NCBI GenBank assembly: GCA_964536745.1
Contig: CAZHYL010000006.1
Location: forward strand, 1-54,551
Origin: an uncultured Candidatus Saccharibacteria bacterium
GTDB taxonomy: Bacteria; Patescibacteriota; Doudnabacteria; UBA920
DNA length: 54,551 bases
Reading direction: 5' to 3'
Positions 9,623 to 17,861 of the stretch are shown here, in pieces (position 1 is the stretch's first letter; each line of letters begins with the position of its first letter). The notes under the pieces were generated by a model. The model was not told the DNA's origin. It was given only the letters and a program-made list of their open reading frames with translations, and did not search any database. The position numbers and the translations under genes were made by a program.

Positions 9623-10228
9623 ATGGAAATTTTAATTACATTAGCGATTTTAATATTCTCGGTTATTGTTCATGAGGTTAGTCACGGACTGATGGCTGAA
9701 AAATTAGGGGATTACACTGCGCGCGATGCAGGCCGAATCACAATTAATCCAATCCCGCATATCGACCCATTTGGTTCAATATTGCTTCCAGGATTATTGC
9801 TTGCTGTAGGAAGCCCGATAGTATTTGGTTCGGCTAAGCCTGTGCCAGTTAATTTTGAAAACTTACGACCACGTAAATTAGGCATGGCCTTGGTTTCTAT
9901 TGTTGGGCCATTAAGTAATTTAGTTTTGGCTGTTTTGTTTATTTTACCGATTGCTTTTAACTTAGTCTCTGGTCCAGTTGCAGGGGTCTGGCTTCAAGCG
10001 TCTATCTTAAATATTGTTTTGGCAGTATTTAATGTTTTGCCGATTCCGCCACTCGATGGCAGTAAAATTTTAGCTTCCATGCTCCCAGATGGCATAATGT
10101 ACAAGTTGCTTGAAATGGAAAGATACGGGTTTTTGATTGTACTGGTGTTTTTGTTTTTGGGTTGGTTAGATAAAATTTTGCTTCCTGTGATCAATGTGTT
10201 TTTGGCCGTTTTTAATATTCGGGTATAA
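9623..10228 (+). CDS. Site-2 protease (M50) family zinc metalloprotease
   Basis: HEVSH (HExxH), NPIPHIDPFG, GPLSN, FNVLPIPPLDG. Confidence 0.95.
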   Translation: MEILITLAILIFSVIVHEVSHGLMAEKLGDYTARDAGRITINPIPHIDPFGSILLPGLLLAVGSPIVFGSAKPVPVNFENLRPRKLGMALVSIVGPLSNLVLAVLFILPIAFNLVSGPVAGVWLQASILNIVLAVFNVLPIPPLDGSKILASMLPDGIMYKLLEMERYGFLIVLVFLFLGWLDKILLPVINVFLAVFNIRV

Positions 10229-10283
10229 AAAAGCGACCCAAGCAAATTAATGCTCGGGTCGGAAGTGTTACAAAAAAATGAAG

Positions 10284-11264
10284 TTAGTTGCCGGTGGTCA
10301 CGCGACGCGCCGGTTTTTTGTTGAATGCGTCCAGGATCGGGCCGATTGCGCCGTTTCTCACGAGATGTTCGACTTTTTCCGGCACTTCGCCGAAACCTTT
10401 CACGTCCGCGAAAACTTGGCCACCCTTTCGGACGAAGAAGGTCTTTGCGCCGATGCGGACTTTGCGATCCTTTCGGATATTGGCAGTTTTCTCCGCCAAA
10501 ACCGCTTCGGCTTTGGCAATTTCGGGAGCGAAGAACTCTTCAGCGGCGTTTAGGAGCCACTGCTCGTTCTGCTCGCGGAGAGCCTCTTCGAACGCGCCGC
10601 TTTCGCGTCGCCTCAAGTGTGACACGACGCTCGCCAGCTTGGTCATGTCGCGTTCGCCGATCCACTGGCGAACCGCGATGCCCGTGATGAATGGGTCATC
10701 GGTGCTACCGCGGAAGAAGACAACGATGTTGCCCTCTTCTTTGTCGATCCTCCGGTGAAGAACCCGAAGGTTTCCATCCGAAATCAGCATCGCCTTCTCG
10801 CCGTCCATGAGTTCGATTGCCGCGTTCGTGATTTTAACGAGACTCATCTTCAGAGTGGTGAGCGAAATCAGCTTCTTCACGGGGTTATCGTAAAACGACG
10901 GCCCATGAATTACCGAAATGTTGCCGTCCGCGTCGATGCGAGCGACATCGTCCTTTCTGAATACCGTTTCGGTCGTGCTGTCCGACGACAGGATCGTCAG
11001 ACTACCGACGTGCGAAACATTGATCGGGAGGAAATTCATGTGCTTGGGGAAGAAGACCTTCCCAAACACATAGGCGAGCTCGCTCATGAGAGCGAAAATC
11101 GCCGAAGCTTTGCGAGGCTCAGCCTTCACGGGTTTCCCTCCGTAGGGGACTTTACCGTTGGCGTCCCACTGGCCGTTGCCACGATCGGTGTAGTCGTTGT
11201 GCTTGTTGCGCTGATTGTTTTTTTTCGCTTTGTTGCCGTTTCCGGCCTTCTTGTTCTTAGCCAT
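10284..11264 (-). CDS. Orphan hypothetical protein with Lys/Asn-rich N-terminus, GC-rich coding sequence
   Basis: Longest ORF in the region. AAGGA upstream of ATG 11264 (MAKNKK), upstream promoter. No family recognised. Confidence 0.65.
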   Translation of the reverse strand: MAKNKKAGNGNKAKKNNQRNKHNDYTDRGNGQWDANGKVPYGGKPVKAEPRKASAIFALMSELAYVFGKVFFPKHMNFLPINVSHVGSLTILSSDSTTETVFRKDDVARIDADGNISVIHGPSFYDNPVKKLISLTTLKMSLVKITNAAIELMDGEKAMLISDGNLRVLHRRIDKEEGNIVVFFRGSTDDPFITGIAVRQWIGERDMTKLASVVSHLRRRESGAFEEALREQNEQWLLNAAEEFFAPEIAKAEAVLAEKTANIRKDRKVRIGAKTFFVRKGGQVFADVKGFGEVPEKVEHLVRNGAIGPILDAFNKKPARRVTTGN

Positions 11265-11373
11265 TTTTTCAGTTTCCTTGCCCTGTTGGGGGCGTCTCAT
11301 TATTTAGCCAAATGGCGGCGACTCACGTTGAGTCTGTGCCATAAAAATTTCGCAAAGACAACAATCCAATTGA

Positions 11374-11430
11374 TTGTCCCGCTATTTCAAACTCATTTGA
11401 TGTCAAAAAGAGCCTCAAATAGCGGGACAA
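11374..11430. repeat. 14-bp perfect inverted repeat with nested hairpin, in the leader of the 10284 gene
   Basis: TTGTCCCGCTATTT (11374-11387) / AAATAGCGGGACAA (11417-11430), inner TTTGA-TG-TCAAA. Confidence 0.8.
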
Positions 11431-11513
11431 AACTTCATTTTTTGTAAATGTACATTAATCTGCAAGCTAAACCCTAATTACTTAAGATTTTTGCTATTTC
11501 AGATTAACTAGAA

Positions 11514-11544
11514 ATTATATCATATAATAGCACTTTTGTCAATA
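11514..11544 (-). promoter_or_regulatory. Promoter of the 10284 orphan
   Basis: Minus strand TTGACA-19nt-TATAAT with TG extension (TGATATAAT). Confidence 0.55.
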
Positions 11545-11558
11545 CTTGGTAGATATAA

Positions 11559-11585
11559 TAAAAAAGCCCTTGGTTAGGGGGCTTT
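11559..11585 (-). terminator. Terminator of the 11574 gene
   Basis: Minus strand AAAGCCCCC-TAACCAA-GGGCTTTTTT, overlapping the stop codon. Confidence 0.65.
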
Positions 11586-12293
11586 CAGTAAATGCCAAGC
11601 ATTTCGATGGTTTTCGTATAAAGTCGTGTTTTCTGTCACTCGACCTTTTCTGATTGGTGGAGTAGTAACATCACAGATGTAGTGATGTCTACGTTCGCCT
11701 TCAAAATTGGCAAGTTCAGATTTCCGAAATATATAGAAATCCTCTCGAACATCGCTTTTTGCGATCAGAATAACAAATTCAACATTACGAATCGCCTGCT
11801 TGCTAATAGGGAAGTGGTAATATTTGCAAATCGTATTCTTCCCGTAAAGCCTGGACTTGTTTCTGACTAGGGTGTAACAGAGTTTTCCTCGGATTTTAAC
11901 GTACCTCACCATTAGTCCTTCGCTGGTGTAAATTCGTTGACAAGGTATTTGCTTAACTTTAGCTTTCGCCGTAAGGATTGCTGCAGCAGATTCGGTTTCC
12001 CCTTTCATAAGCTCTTCTACCTTTTGGAGGTGTCTAGCTCTAGTGATTGCTTTTCGTCTTCCATGACCAGTTTTTTGATCTTCTGGTACTATGGTTTGAA
12101 AGTATTTGCTGTAAATTTGCCTAATGTCTTCCGGGGTTCTATTCACCTGTTTGGCTATCTGTACAAAAGTTAAGCTCGAATCGGCAAACTTTTTGTACAG
12201 GTCGTCGAACGACAGTGTGCTATTTTTGCCTCGTTTATTCTTTTCGAATTTTTGTTTAACTCGCTGAACTTTTTTATTAGATAGTCCTAGCAT
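11574..12293 (-). CDS. Basic hypothetical protein: N-terminal HTH-like segment plus possible nuclease-like C-terminal domain
   Basis: AGGAGG SD before ATG 12293 (MLGLSNK), LTFVQIAKQVNRTPEDIRQI HTH-like, FVILIA...DFYIFR...YENHRNAWHLL tail. Confidence 0.6.
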   Translation of the reverse strand: MLGLSNKKVQRVKQKFEKNKRGKNSTLSFDDLYKKFADSSLTFVQIAKQVNRTPEDIRQIYSKYFQTIVPEDQKTGHGRRKAITRARHLQKVEELMKGETESAAAILTAKAKVKQIPCQRIYTSEGLMVRYVKIRGKLCYTLVRNKSRLYGKNTICKYYHFPISKQAIRNVEFVILIAKSDVREDFYIFRKSELANFEGERRHHYICDVTTPPIRKGRVTENTTLYENHRNAWHLLKAP

Positions 12294-12323
12294 ATAACCT
12301 CCTATGCTTTGTGCTTTGCGACC

Positions 12324-12352
12324 AGTATAGCCAATTGACATATTTACTGCAA
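12324..12352 (-). promoter_or_regulatory. Promoter of the 11574 gene, overlapping the str promoter
   Basis: Minus strand TTGCAG-17nt-TATACT. Confidence 0.65.
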
Positions 12353-12363
12353 TACCTTATAAT
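12335..12363 (+). promoter_or_regulatory. Consensus sigma70 promoter upstream of the rpsL leader
   Basis: TTGACA-17nt-TATAAT, exact consensus. Confidence 0.85.
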
Positions 12364-12369
12364 TCATCT

Positions 12370-12505
12370 ACAATTCATTTGAAGCCCCTAACTGAAGGAA
12401 TTACTGACACATTGCTCGCAAGTTTGGGAAGTTATGCCTGCAAGGCTTCCAGGCAGTACCAAACCGCGAAACCAAAGAGACTGACTCTTGGTCAGTTTTT
12501 GTTTT
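12370..12505 (+). ncRNA. Candidate structured leader or small RNA ending in an intrinsic terminator
   Basis: TCGC..GTTTGG / CCAAAC.GCGA stem enclosing a TGCCTG/CAGGCA hairpin, then ACTGAC-TCTTG-GTCAGT-TTTT. Confidence 0.55.
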
Positions 12506-12546
12506 ATAAATAATTTGGGCGTGTCACCCATGATTAGTAATTAATA

Positions 12547-12634
12547 CACATTCACACTTGGGCCGAGTGGTGAGTAGGTCTGAGGAGTGTAACGACGAAG
12601 ACCGTCACGAACCCGAAGGTTAAGCGTGAATGTG
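12547..12634 (+). repeat. Palindromic hairpin element with GA-rich internal loops
   Basis: Terminal CACATTCAC/GTGAATGTG, inner GGTC-TGAGGA-GT(GTAACG)AC-GAA-GACC. Confidence 0.7.
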
Positions 12635-12641
12635 AGAGGAA

Positions 12642-12707
12642 GGCATTTGCGAATAGGCGAGCGAACAGGATGTTAAACATACTGGCGCGAGCTAATGAGC
12701 AAATGTT
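12642..12707 (+). repeat. Palindromic hairpin element, related to the 31426 element
   Basis: CATTTGC/GCAAATG termini, internal AGGCGAG and GCTAATGAGCAAAT. Confidence 0.65.
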
Positions 12708-12715
12708 CGGACGAA

Positions 12716-13141
12716 ATGCCAACAATTAACCAATTGGTGCGCAAGCCGCGTAAGCCGCTTACAACCAAGAGCAAGTCTCCGGCACTACAACGTCGCCAGA
12801 ACTTGATCAAGAACAAAACTTTGTTCATCAAAACAGGAAGCCCGTTTATGCGTGGTGTTTGTTTGAAGGTGTATACAACTACTCCAAAGAAACCAAACTC
12901 TGCTTTGCGTAAAGTGGCAAAGATTAAATTGACTAACGGTATGGAAGTACTTGCTTACATCCCAGGTGTCGGTCACAACTTACAAGAACACAGTGTGGTA
13001 ATGATCCGCGGTGGTCGTGTAAAAGATTTACCTGGTGTTCGTTACCACATTGTGCGTGGTAAATTGGACACCTTAGGCGTTGACGGTCGAAAACGCTCTC
13101 GCAGTAAGTATGGAACCAAGCGTCCATCTGCCGCTGCATAA
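12716..13141 (+). CDS. rpsL: 30S ribosomal protein S12
   Basis: [32 protein letters not shown]. Confidence 0.98.
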   Translation: MPTINQLVRKPRKPLTTKSKSPALQRRQNLIKNKTLFIKTGSPFMRGVCLKVYTTTPKKPNSALRKVAKIKLTNGMEVLAYIPGVGHNLQEHSVVMIRGGRVKDLPGVRYHIVRGKLDTLGVDGRKRSRSKYGTKRPSAAA

Positions 13142-13145
13142 AAAA

Positions 13146-13221
13146 TTCCCCTCCTTTCTAAGGAGGGGCTAGGGGAGGTTAATTAAACCCCCACCTAGCC
13201 TCCCCCTAAAAGGGGGAGGAA
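13146..13221. repeat. C/G-run cruciform element, copy 1 (rpsL-rpsG spacer)
   Basis: TTCCCCTCCTTTCTAAGGAGGGGCTAGGGGAGG...CCCCACCTAGCCTCCCCCTAAAAGGGGGAGGAA. Confidence 0.8.
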
Positions 13222-13243
13222 TAAACTGAAAGGAATATAAACA

Positions 13244-13756
13244 ATGCCAAGAAGAGCACGAAGTTTTGAAAAAAGAACTCCACAACCAGATCCAAAATTT
13301 AGCAGTGTAAAGTACGCAAAGTTCATTAATTACTTAATGGAGCGCGGAAAGAAAACTACTTCACAGAAAATTTTCTATGCAGCTTTGGATATTGTTGAAG
13401 AAAAGATGAAAGCAAATAAGGACGCTGAAGTAACTGATAGCAGACAGGTATTCGACATTGCTTTAAAGAATGTTTCTCCAATTATGGAAATTAAAGGTCG
13501 TCGTATTGGTGGTTCCAACTACCAAGTACCAATGGAAGTGCAAGAGCCTCGTCGTACTGCACTCGGTATGAAGTGGCTAATTGCTGCAGCTCGCGCTCGC
13601 AAGGGTGCGCCTATGGCAACCAAGCTCGCACAAGAAGTTATCGATGCATACGGTAAGTTAGGTAATGCAGTAAAGAAGCGTGAAGATACACACCGTATGG
13701 CAGAAGCGAACAAAGCGTTTGCTCACTTCGCCCGATTTGGTGCTAAGAGAAAATAA
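13244..13756 (+). CDS. rpsG: 30S ribosomal protein S7
   Basis: MPRR, RRIGGSNYQVP, HRMAEANKAFAHF. Confidence 0.98.
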   Translation: MPRRARSFEKRTPQPDPKFSSVKYAKFINYLMERGKKTTSQKIFYAALDIVEEKMKANKDAEVTDSRQVFDIALKNVSPIMEIKGRRIGGSNYQVPMEVQEPRRTALGMKWLIAAARARKGAPMATKLAQEVIDAYGKLGNAVKKREDTHRMAEANKAFAHFARFGAKRK

Positions 13757-13772
13757 TTTTAAAAAATAAAAT

Positions 13773-15899
13773 ATGCCAAGAGAATATCCAATCGAAGCGA
13801 CCCGTAATATCGGGATTATCGCTCACATCGACGCCGGCAAAACTACAACTACCGAAGGTATCTTGTATAACACCGGTATGATCCATAAGATCGGTGCGGT
13901 TCACGAAGGTGAAACCGTTACCGACTGGATGGAACAAGAACGCGAACGTGGTATCACTATCACTTCCGCGGCTGTTACCTGTTACTGGAAACCCCAGTAC
14001 GTAAAAATGGCCGACGATCTTGAACAATACAAGATCAATATTATCGACACTCCAGGTCACGTAGACTTTACTGTAGAAGTAGAGCGTTCTTTGCGTGTCT
14101 TAGACGGTGCAGTTACTGTGTTCGACGGAAAAATGGGTGTAGAGCCACAAAGTGAAACTGTATGGCGCCAAGCCGACAAGTACGGTGTGCCTCGTATGTG
14201 TTTCATTAACAAGATTAACCAAACCGGTGGAGATTTTTATAAGTCACTTGAATCTATTCACAATCGGTTAACTAAGAATGCATATCCTGTTCAATTACCA
14301 ATTGGTTTTGAAAAAGATATTGTCGGTGTGGTTGACCTTGTTCAAATGAAGTCTTACACCTACAAAGATTACACAGATAAAGAATTCACAATTGGTGAAG
14401 TTCCTGCTGATATGAAAGAAAAGTGCGAAAAGTATCGCCACGAACTTATTGAAAAGGTTGTAGAGTACGACGATCAATTAATGGAAAAATATTTAGAAGG
14501 TACCGAACTTACCGAAGAAGAATTGTTAATGGCTATCCGCAAAGCTACTCGAAGTGGTGATTTTTACCCAGTGTTTGGGGGCGATGGTCGTGGTATTATC
14601 GTTCGAACTTTACTTGATGGTGTTGCAAACTTTTTACCATCTCCAACCGATAAGGGCGCTGTCAAAGGCCATAACCCAAAGACTGGTGAAGAGTTAGAGC
14701 GCAGTGCTGATGATAACGAACCTTTCTGTGCCTTAGCATTTAAAATCGCAACTGACCCATTCGTTGGACGTCTTGCTTTCTTCCGTGTTTACTCTGGAAC
14801 TTTGACTGCTGGTTCATACGTTTTGAACGCTCGCACAGGTAATAAAGAACGAGTTGGACGTATTGTACGTATGCGTGCAGACCAACGCGATGAAGTAAAA
14901 GAAGTTTTTGCAGGGGATATTTGTGCGTTGGTTGGTCCAAAAGACACAATCACTGCGGATACTCTCTGTGCAGAAAATGCTCCTATCGAACTTGAAAAGA
15001 TTAAATTTGCAGACCCAGTTATTTCCATGTCTATTGAGCCTAAGACTAAGGCCGACCAAGAAAAAATGGGTATTGCGATGCAGAAACTTGCGGAAGAAGA
15101 CCCAACCTTTAAAGTTGCATCCGACACCGAAACTCAAGAAACAATTATTTCTGGTATGGGCGAACTTCACTTGGAAATTTTGGTAGACCGTATGAAGCGC
15201 GAATTTAAAGTTGAAGCTAATGTTGGTAAGCCACAAGTTGCCTACAAAGAAACTATCAAGAAAGTTGCTACTGCAGAACACAAGTTTATTCGTCAGAGTG
15301 GTGGTCGTGGTCAGTATGGTCATGTATATCTTCGCGTTGAACCACAAGAACAAGGTAAAGGATATGAATTTATCGATGAAATTGTTGGTGGTGTAATTCC
15401 AAAAGAATACATCAAACCGATTGATAAAGGTATTCAAGAATCTGCTGCCAATGGTGTTATCGCCGGATACCCATTAGTAGATTTCAAGGCTGCTGTATAC
15501 GATGGTAGTTATCACGAAGTTGATAGTTCTGAAATGGCTTTCAAAATTGCAGCTTCCAAAGCTTTGCAAGACGCTGTAAAGAAAGCCGACCCAATTCTAT
15601 TAGAACCTGTGATGAAAGTTGTGGTTACTACACCAGAACCAAACATGGGTGATGTAATTGGTGACCTTAATAGTAAGCGTGCGAAAATCCAAGACATGGA
15701 AGACATTACTGGCCGTAAGGTTGTAACTGCTTTCGTACCATTAGCTGAAATGTTTGGTTACGCAACACAGCTTCGCAGTATGACCCAAGGACAAGCAAGT
15801 TCGATTATGGAATTCGATCATTATGAAGAAGTTCCAAAGAATGTTGCTAACGGAATTATAGAATCCCGCGCAGGCATGAATGCTCGCAAGGGACAGTAA
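13773..15899 (+). CDS. fusA: Elongation factor G with non-canonical G4/G5 motifs
   Basis: [20 protein letters not shown], domains II-V intact, syntenic after rpsG. Confidence 0.98.
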   Translation: MPREYPIEATRNIGIIAHIDAGKTTTTEGILYNTGMIHKIGAVHEGETVTDWMEQERERGITITSAAVTCYWKPQYVKMADDLEQYKINIIDTPGHVDFTVEVERSLRVLDGAVTVFDGKMGVEPQSETVWRQADKYGVPRMCFINKINQTGGDFYKSLESIHNRLTKNAYPVQLPIGFEKDIVGVVDLVQMKSYTYKDYTDKEFTIGEVPADMKEKCEKYRHELIEKVVEYDDQLMEKYLEGTELTEEELLMAIRKATRSGDFYPVFGGDGRGIIVRTLLDGVANFLPSPTDKGAVKGHNPKTGEELERSADDNEPFCALAFKIATDPFVGRLAFFRVYSGTLTAGSYVLNARTGNKERVGRIVRMRADQRDEVKEVFAGDICALVGPKDTITADTLCAENAPIELEKIKFADPVISMSIEPKTKADQEKMGIAMQKLAEEDPTFKVASDTETQETIISGMGELHLEILVDRMKREFKVEANVGKPQVAYKETIKKVATAEHKFIRQSGGRGQYGHVYLRVEPQEQGKGYEFIDEIVGGVIPKEYIKPIDKGIQESAANGVIAGYPLVDFKAAVYDGSYHEVDSSEMAFKIAASKALQDAVKKADPILLEPVMKVVVTTPEPNMGDVIGDLNSKRAKIQDMEDITGRKVVTAFVPLAEMFGYATQLRSMTQGQASSIMEFDHYEEVPKNVANGIIESRAGMNARKGQ

Positions 15900-15908
15900 A
15901 CCTGAAAT

Positions 15909-15936
15909 AAAAACCGCTCGAAAGGGCGGTTTTTTT
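15909..15936 (+). terminator. Terminator after fusA
   Basis: AAAAACCGCTC-GAAA-GGGCGGTTTTTTT. Confidence 0.85.
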
Positions 15937-15952
15937 ATGCTAACATAGGAGC

Positions 15953-16384
15953 ATGAACCTTAAAGATTTAATTAAATTAGCTGGCCAACAGGGTAGAGTA
16001 GTGGTAGTTGGCGAAGATGGAGAAGTGAAGGGCGTGTTTTTATCGTATTCTGATTTTGAAAAACTTAGTGGGGAGGTGGTTACAACTAAGACACAGTTAG
16101 ACCCAGAAAAAATTAATCGAGAAATATTAGAAGCTCAATTAAAAGATACTGTGGACCTAGGCAATAAAAATTTAGAAATAATCGATAAAACTATTCAGAT
16201 GCCAACTCCGATTCAAGACATTCTTTCTAGGAGAGTAAAGGATTTATTTGTGTCGCATCCGTATGGCAGGCAAGAAGCACCAGAATATGATTTACGCCAA
16301 GAAGTAATGGACCCTAGTTTTGGTCAGGTTACAATTGAAACAGAAAGCGAAGAAGAGATTAAACCAAACTTCGACGATATCTAA
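15953..16384 (+). CDS. Hypothetical acidic protein
   Basis: Clean ORF with host-like composition, preceded by TGCTAACAT -10-like site. Confidence 0.65.
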   Translation: MNLKDLIKLAGQQGRVVVVGEDGEVKGVFLSYSDFEKLSGEVVTTKTQLDPEKINREILEAQLKDTVDLGNKNLEIIDKTIQMPTPIQDILSRRVKDLFVSHPYGRQEAPEYDLRQEVMDPSFGQVTIETESEEEIKPNFDDI

Positions 16385-16410
16385 AAAACGACGAGCAGGC
16401 TCGTCGTTTT
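16385..16410. terminator. Bidirectional terminator
   Basis: AAAACGACGAGC-AG-GCTCGTCGTTTT between convergent genes. Confidence 0.8.
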
Positions 16411-16430
16411 ATTTAAACGTACTTCCGAAA

Positions 16431-17087
16431 TTACATGGACTTGCCGCCAAGGATCATGTTGAGCAGGTCCTTGAGCGCGTAGTATTCCGGGTTGATTAGA
16501 ATCAATACCGCATAGCTGAATGATATTGCAAACCAAACACCGCAAACCACAGAAGCAAATGCCGGTAAGATACCTAGAAACCAAGTTCGGCCGGTGGTGT
16601 AATCGTCCTCGAAGTCGAACATTTTATCGTCCGGCCCAAGTTTGAACCACTTCTTGGCTACGCGGTAGTAGGTCAAAATCGTAAGCAGTAGCATCAGGGG
16701 TAGGATTACTCCTGAGATTGCTTTGGCATATTGCTGCCTGATCATGATCCGCCAAACGTCGGGTGCGATCTTTTGGATCATATCCGACACCGATGTTACG
16801 TAACCTGCAAAAAGGTCAATTCCTTTATCCAGTACGTCAGCCATAGTTTTGTTCTGGGGCGTTGAACTGGTTCCGGTAGTCGATTGCTTCTTTTCGTCGA
16901 CGAGTTGCTCGAGAAGTTTCTTCGCCTGCTGGATTTGCTCAGCAGTCAACTTTTCCTTCTCGGCGTTCGCATCGTTATTTGAAGCAACGTTAGGGTTATT
17001 CTGGTTGGTGTTCTGTCCAAAGGTGTTGTAAACACCAAGCAGCGCACAGAACACAATTGCAATAGCAAAGTATGATTTAAGTTTCAT
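16431..17087 (-). CDS. Orphan membrane protein (signal peptide, 2 TM, INPEYYALKDLL tail), GC-rich
   Basis: AAAGGAGG SD, consensus promoter, hydrophobic segments. Confidence 0.75.
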   Translation of the reverse strand: MKLKSYFAIAIVFCALLGVYNTFGQNTNQNNPNVASNNDANAEKEKLTAEQIQQAKKLLEQLVDEKKQSTTGTSSTPQNKTMADVLDKGIDLFAGYVTSVSDMIQKIAPDVWRIMIRQQYAKAISGVILPLMLLLTILTYYRVAKKWFKLGPDDKMFDFEDDYTTGRTWFLGILPAFASVVCGVWFAISFSYAVLILINPEYYALKDLLNMILGGKSM

Positions 17088-17162
17088 TGTCCCTCCTTTG
17101 GACAGTCTATTTCAAGAACTTATGTCATAGTCTGATGGTCTCATTAGTACTAATGACTCAAT

Positions 17163-17191
17163 ATTATATTGAATATGATAGGGTGTGTCAA
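17163..17191 (-). promoter_or_regulatory. Consensus promoter of the 16431 orphan
   Basis: Minus strand TTGACA-17nt-TATAAT. Confidence 0.85.
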
Positions 17192-17280
17192 GGGAGTAAA
17201 TGTAATATGTTTACTTCTCTAGAATAGAAAATAGAATTTCACTAGTTACTAAAATTGACTTTAAAATTATCTAAAAAGGG

Positions 17281-17312
17281 AAAAGCAGTTCCGGAGGCGG
17301 AACTGCTTTTTT
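17281..17312 (-). terminator. Terminator after the 17311 ORF
   Basis: AAAAGCAGTTCC-GGAGGC-GGAACTGCTTTT, A-run on the plus side. Confidence 0.75.
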
Positions 17313-17583
17313 AAATTGGCGCAAGAGTAATCGCTCCGTGTTTAATGAAAGTACCGAAAGGTTCTTCATTAACGTTGGAGTGTTGATGGGGCATGCCGAA
17401 TGGTCGGTAATGCTTGGCTGGTGTCTTGTTTCCGAACCCTCGGACATATTGAGTGATGAAGTTATATGCTTCATCTTCAGTATGATGCCAAGTGTGGAAA
17501 AATTCACCTGAGTGGGTATTATCGATTATCAGCTCCCATTTCTGGCGCCACTTTTGGGTATTATTAGAATTATGAATAGTCAT
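17311..17583 (-). CDS. Small orphan hypothetical protein (His/Trp-rich)
   Basis: AGGAGGT SD before ATG 17583, terminator directly at the stop. Confidence 0.6.
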   Translation of the reverse strand: MTIHNSNNTQKWRQKWELIIDNTHSGEFFHTWHHTEDEAYNFITQYVRGFGNKTPAKHYRPFGMPHQHSNVNEEPFGTFIKHGAITLAPI

Positions 17584-17641
17584 GATACCCACCTCCTGTA
17601 TGAATACCTTAGTTGTAACACATATCCCTCAGTTCGACAAC

Positions 17642-17670
17642 TTGACGTCTGTGATATAAAGCCTTAGAAT
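17642..17670 (+). promoter_or_regulatory. tuf promoter
   Basis: TTGACG-17nt-TAGAAT about 190 nt upstream of tuf. Confidence 0.7.
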
Positions 17671-17861
17671 ATATTGTGATTGGCGCAGCTATCGGCCGCC
17701 AATTTTAATATCATTAACTCTACTATAAAGTTTTTCTTTTGCTTTCTGGATTCCTTAGTGAAAAAAAGAGAAACCCTCTCTTTTTCCTCGTATCGATAGG
17801 GGAAGAAGCGAGGGTATCTCGAAACAGAAGATACCAAACATTATAGTACGAAAGGCAACAA

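Noticed and set aside
11573-12392. Possible IS-like terminal inverted repeats (GTTAGGGGGCTT / AAGCCCCTAAC) around the 11574 gene
   Set aside because: Only 11-12 bp with an indel, no target duplication, no transposase motif, and found post hoc.
12575-12608. Hammerhead-like CTGAGGA...GAA core
   Set aside because: It has GAAG rather than GAAA and stem II is only 2 bp. The flanks pair with each other (GGTC/GACC), leaving no three-way junction or cleavage triplet.
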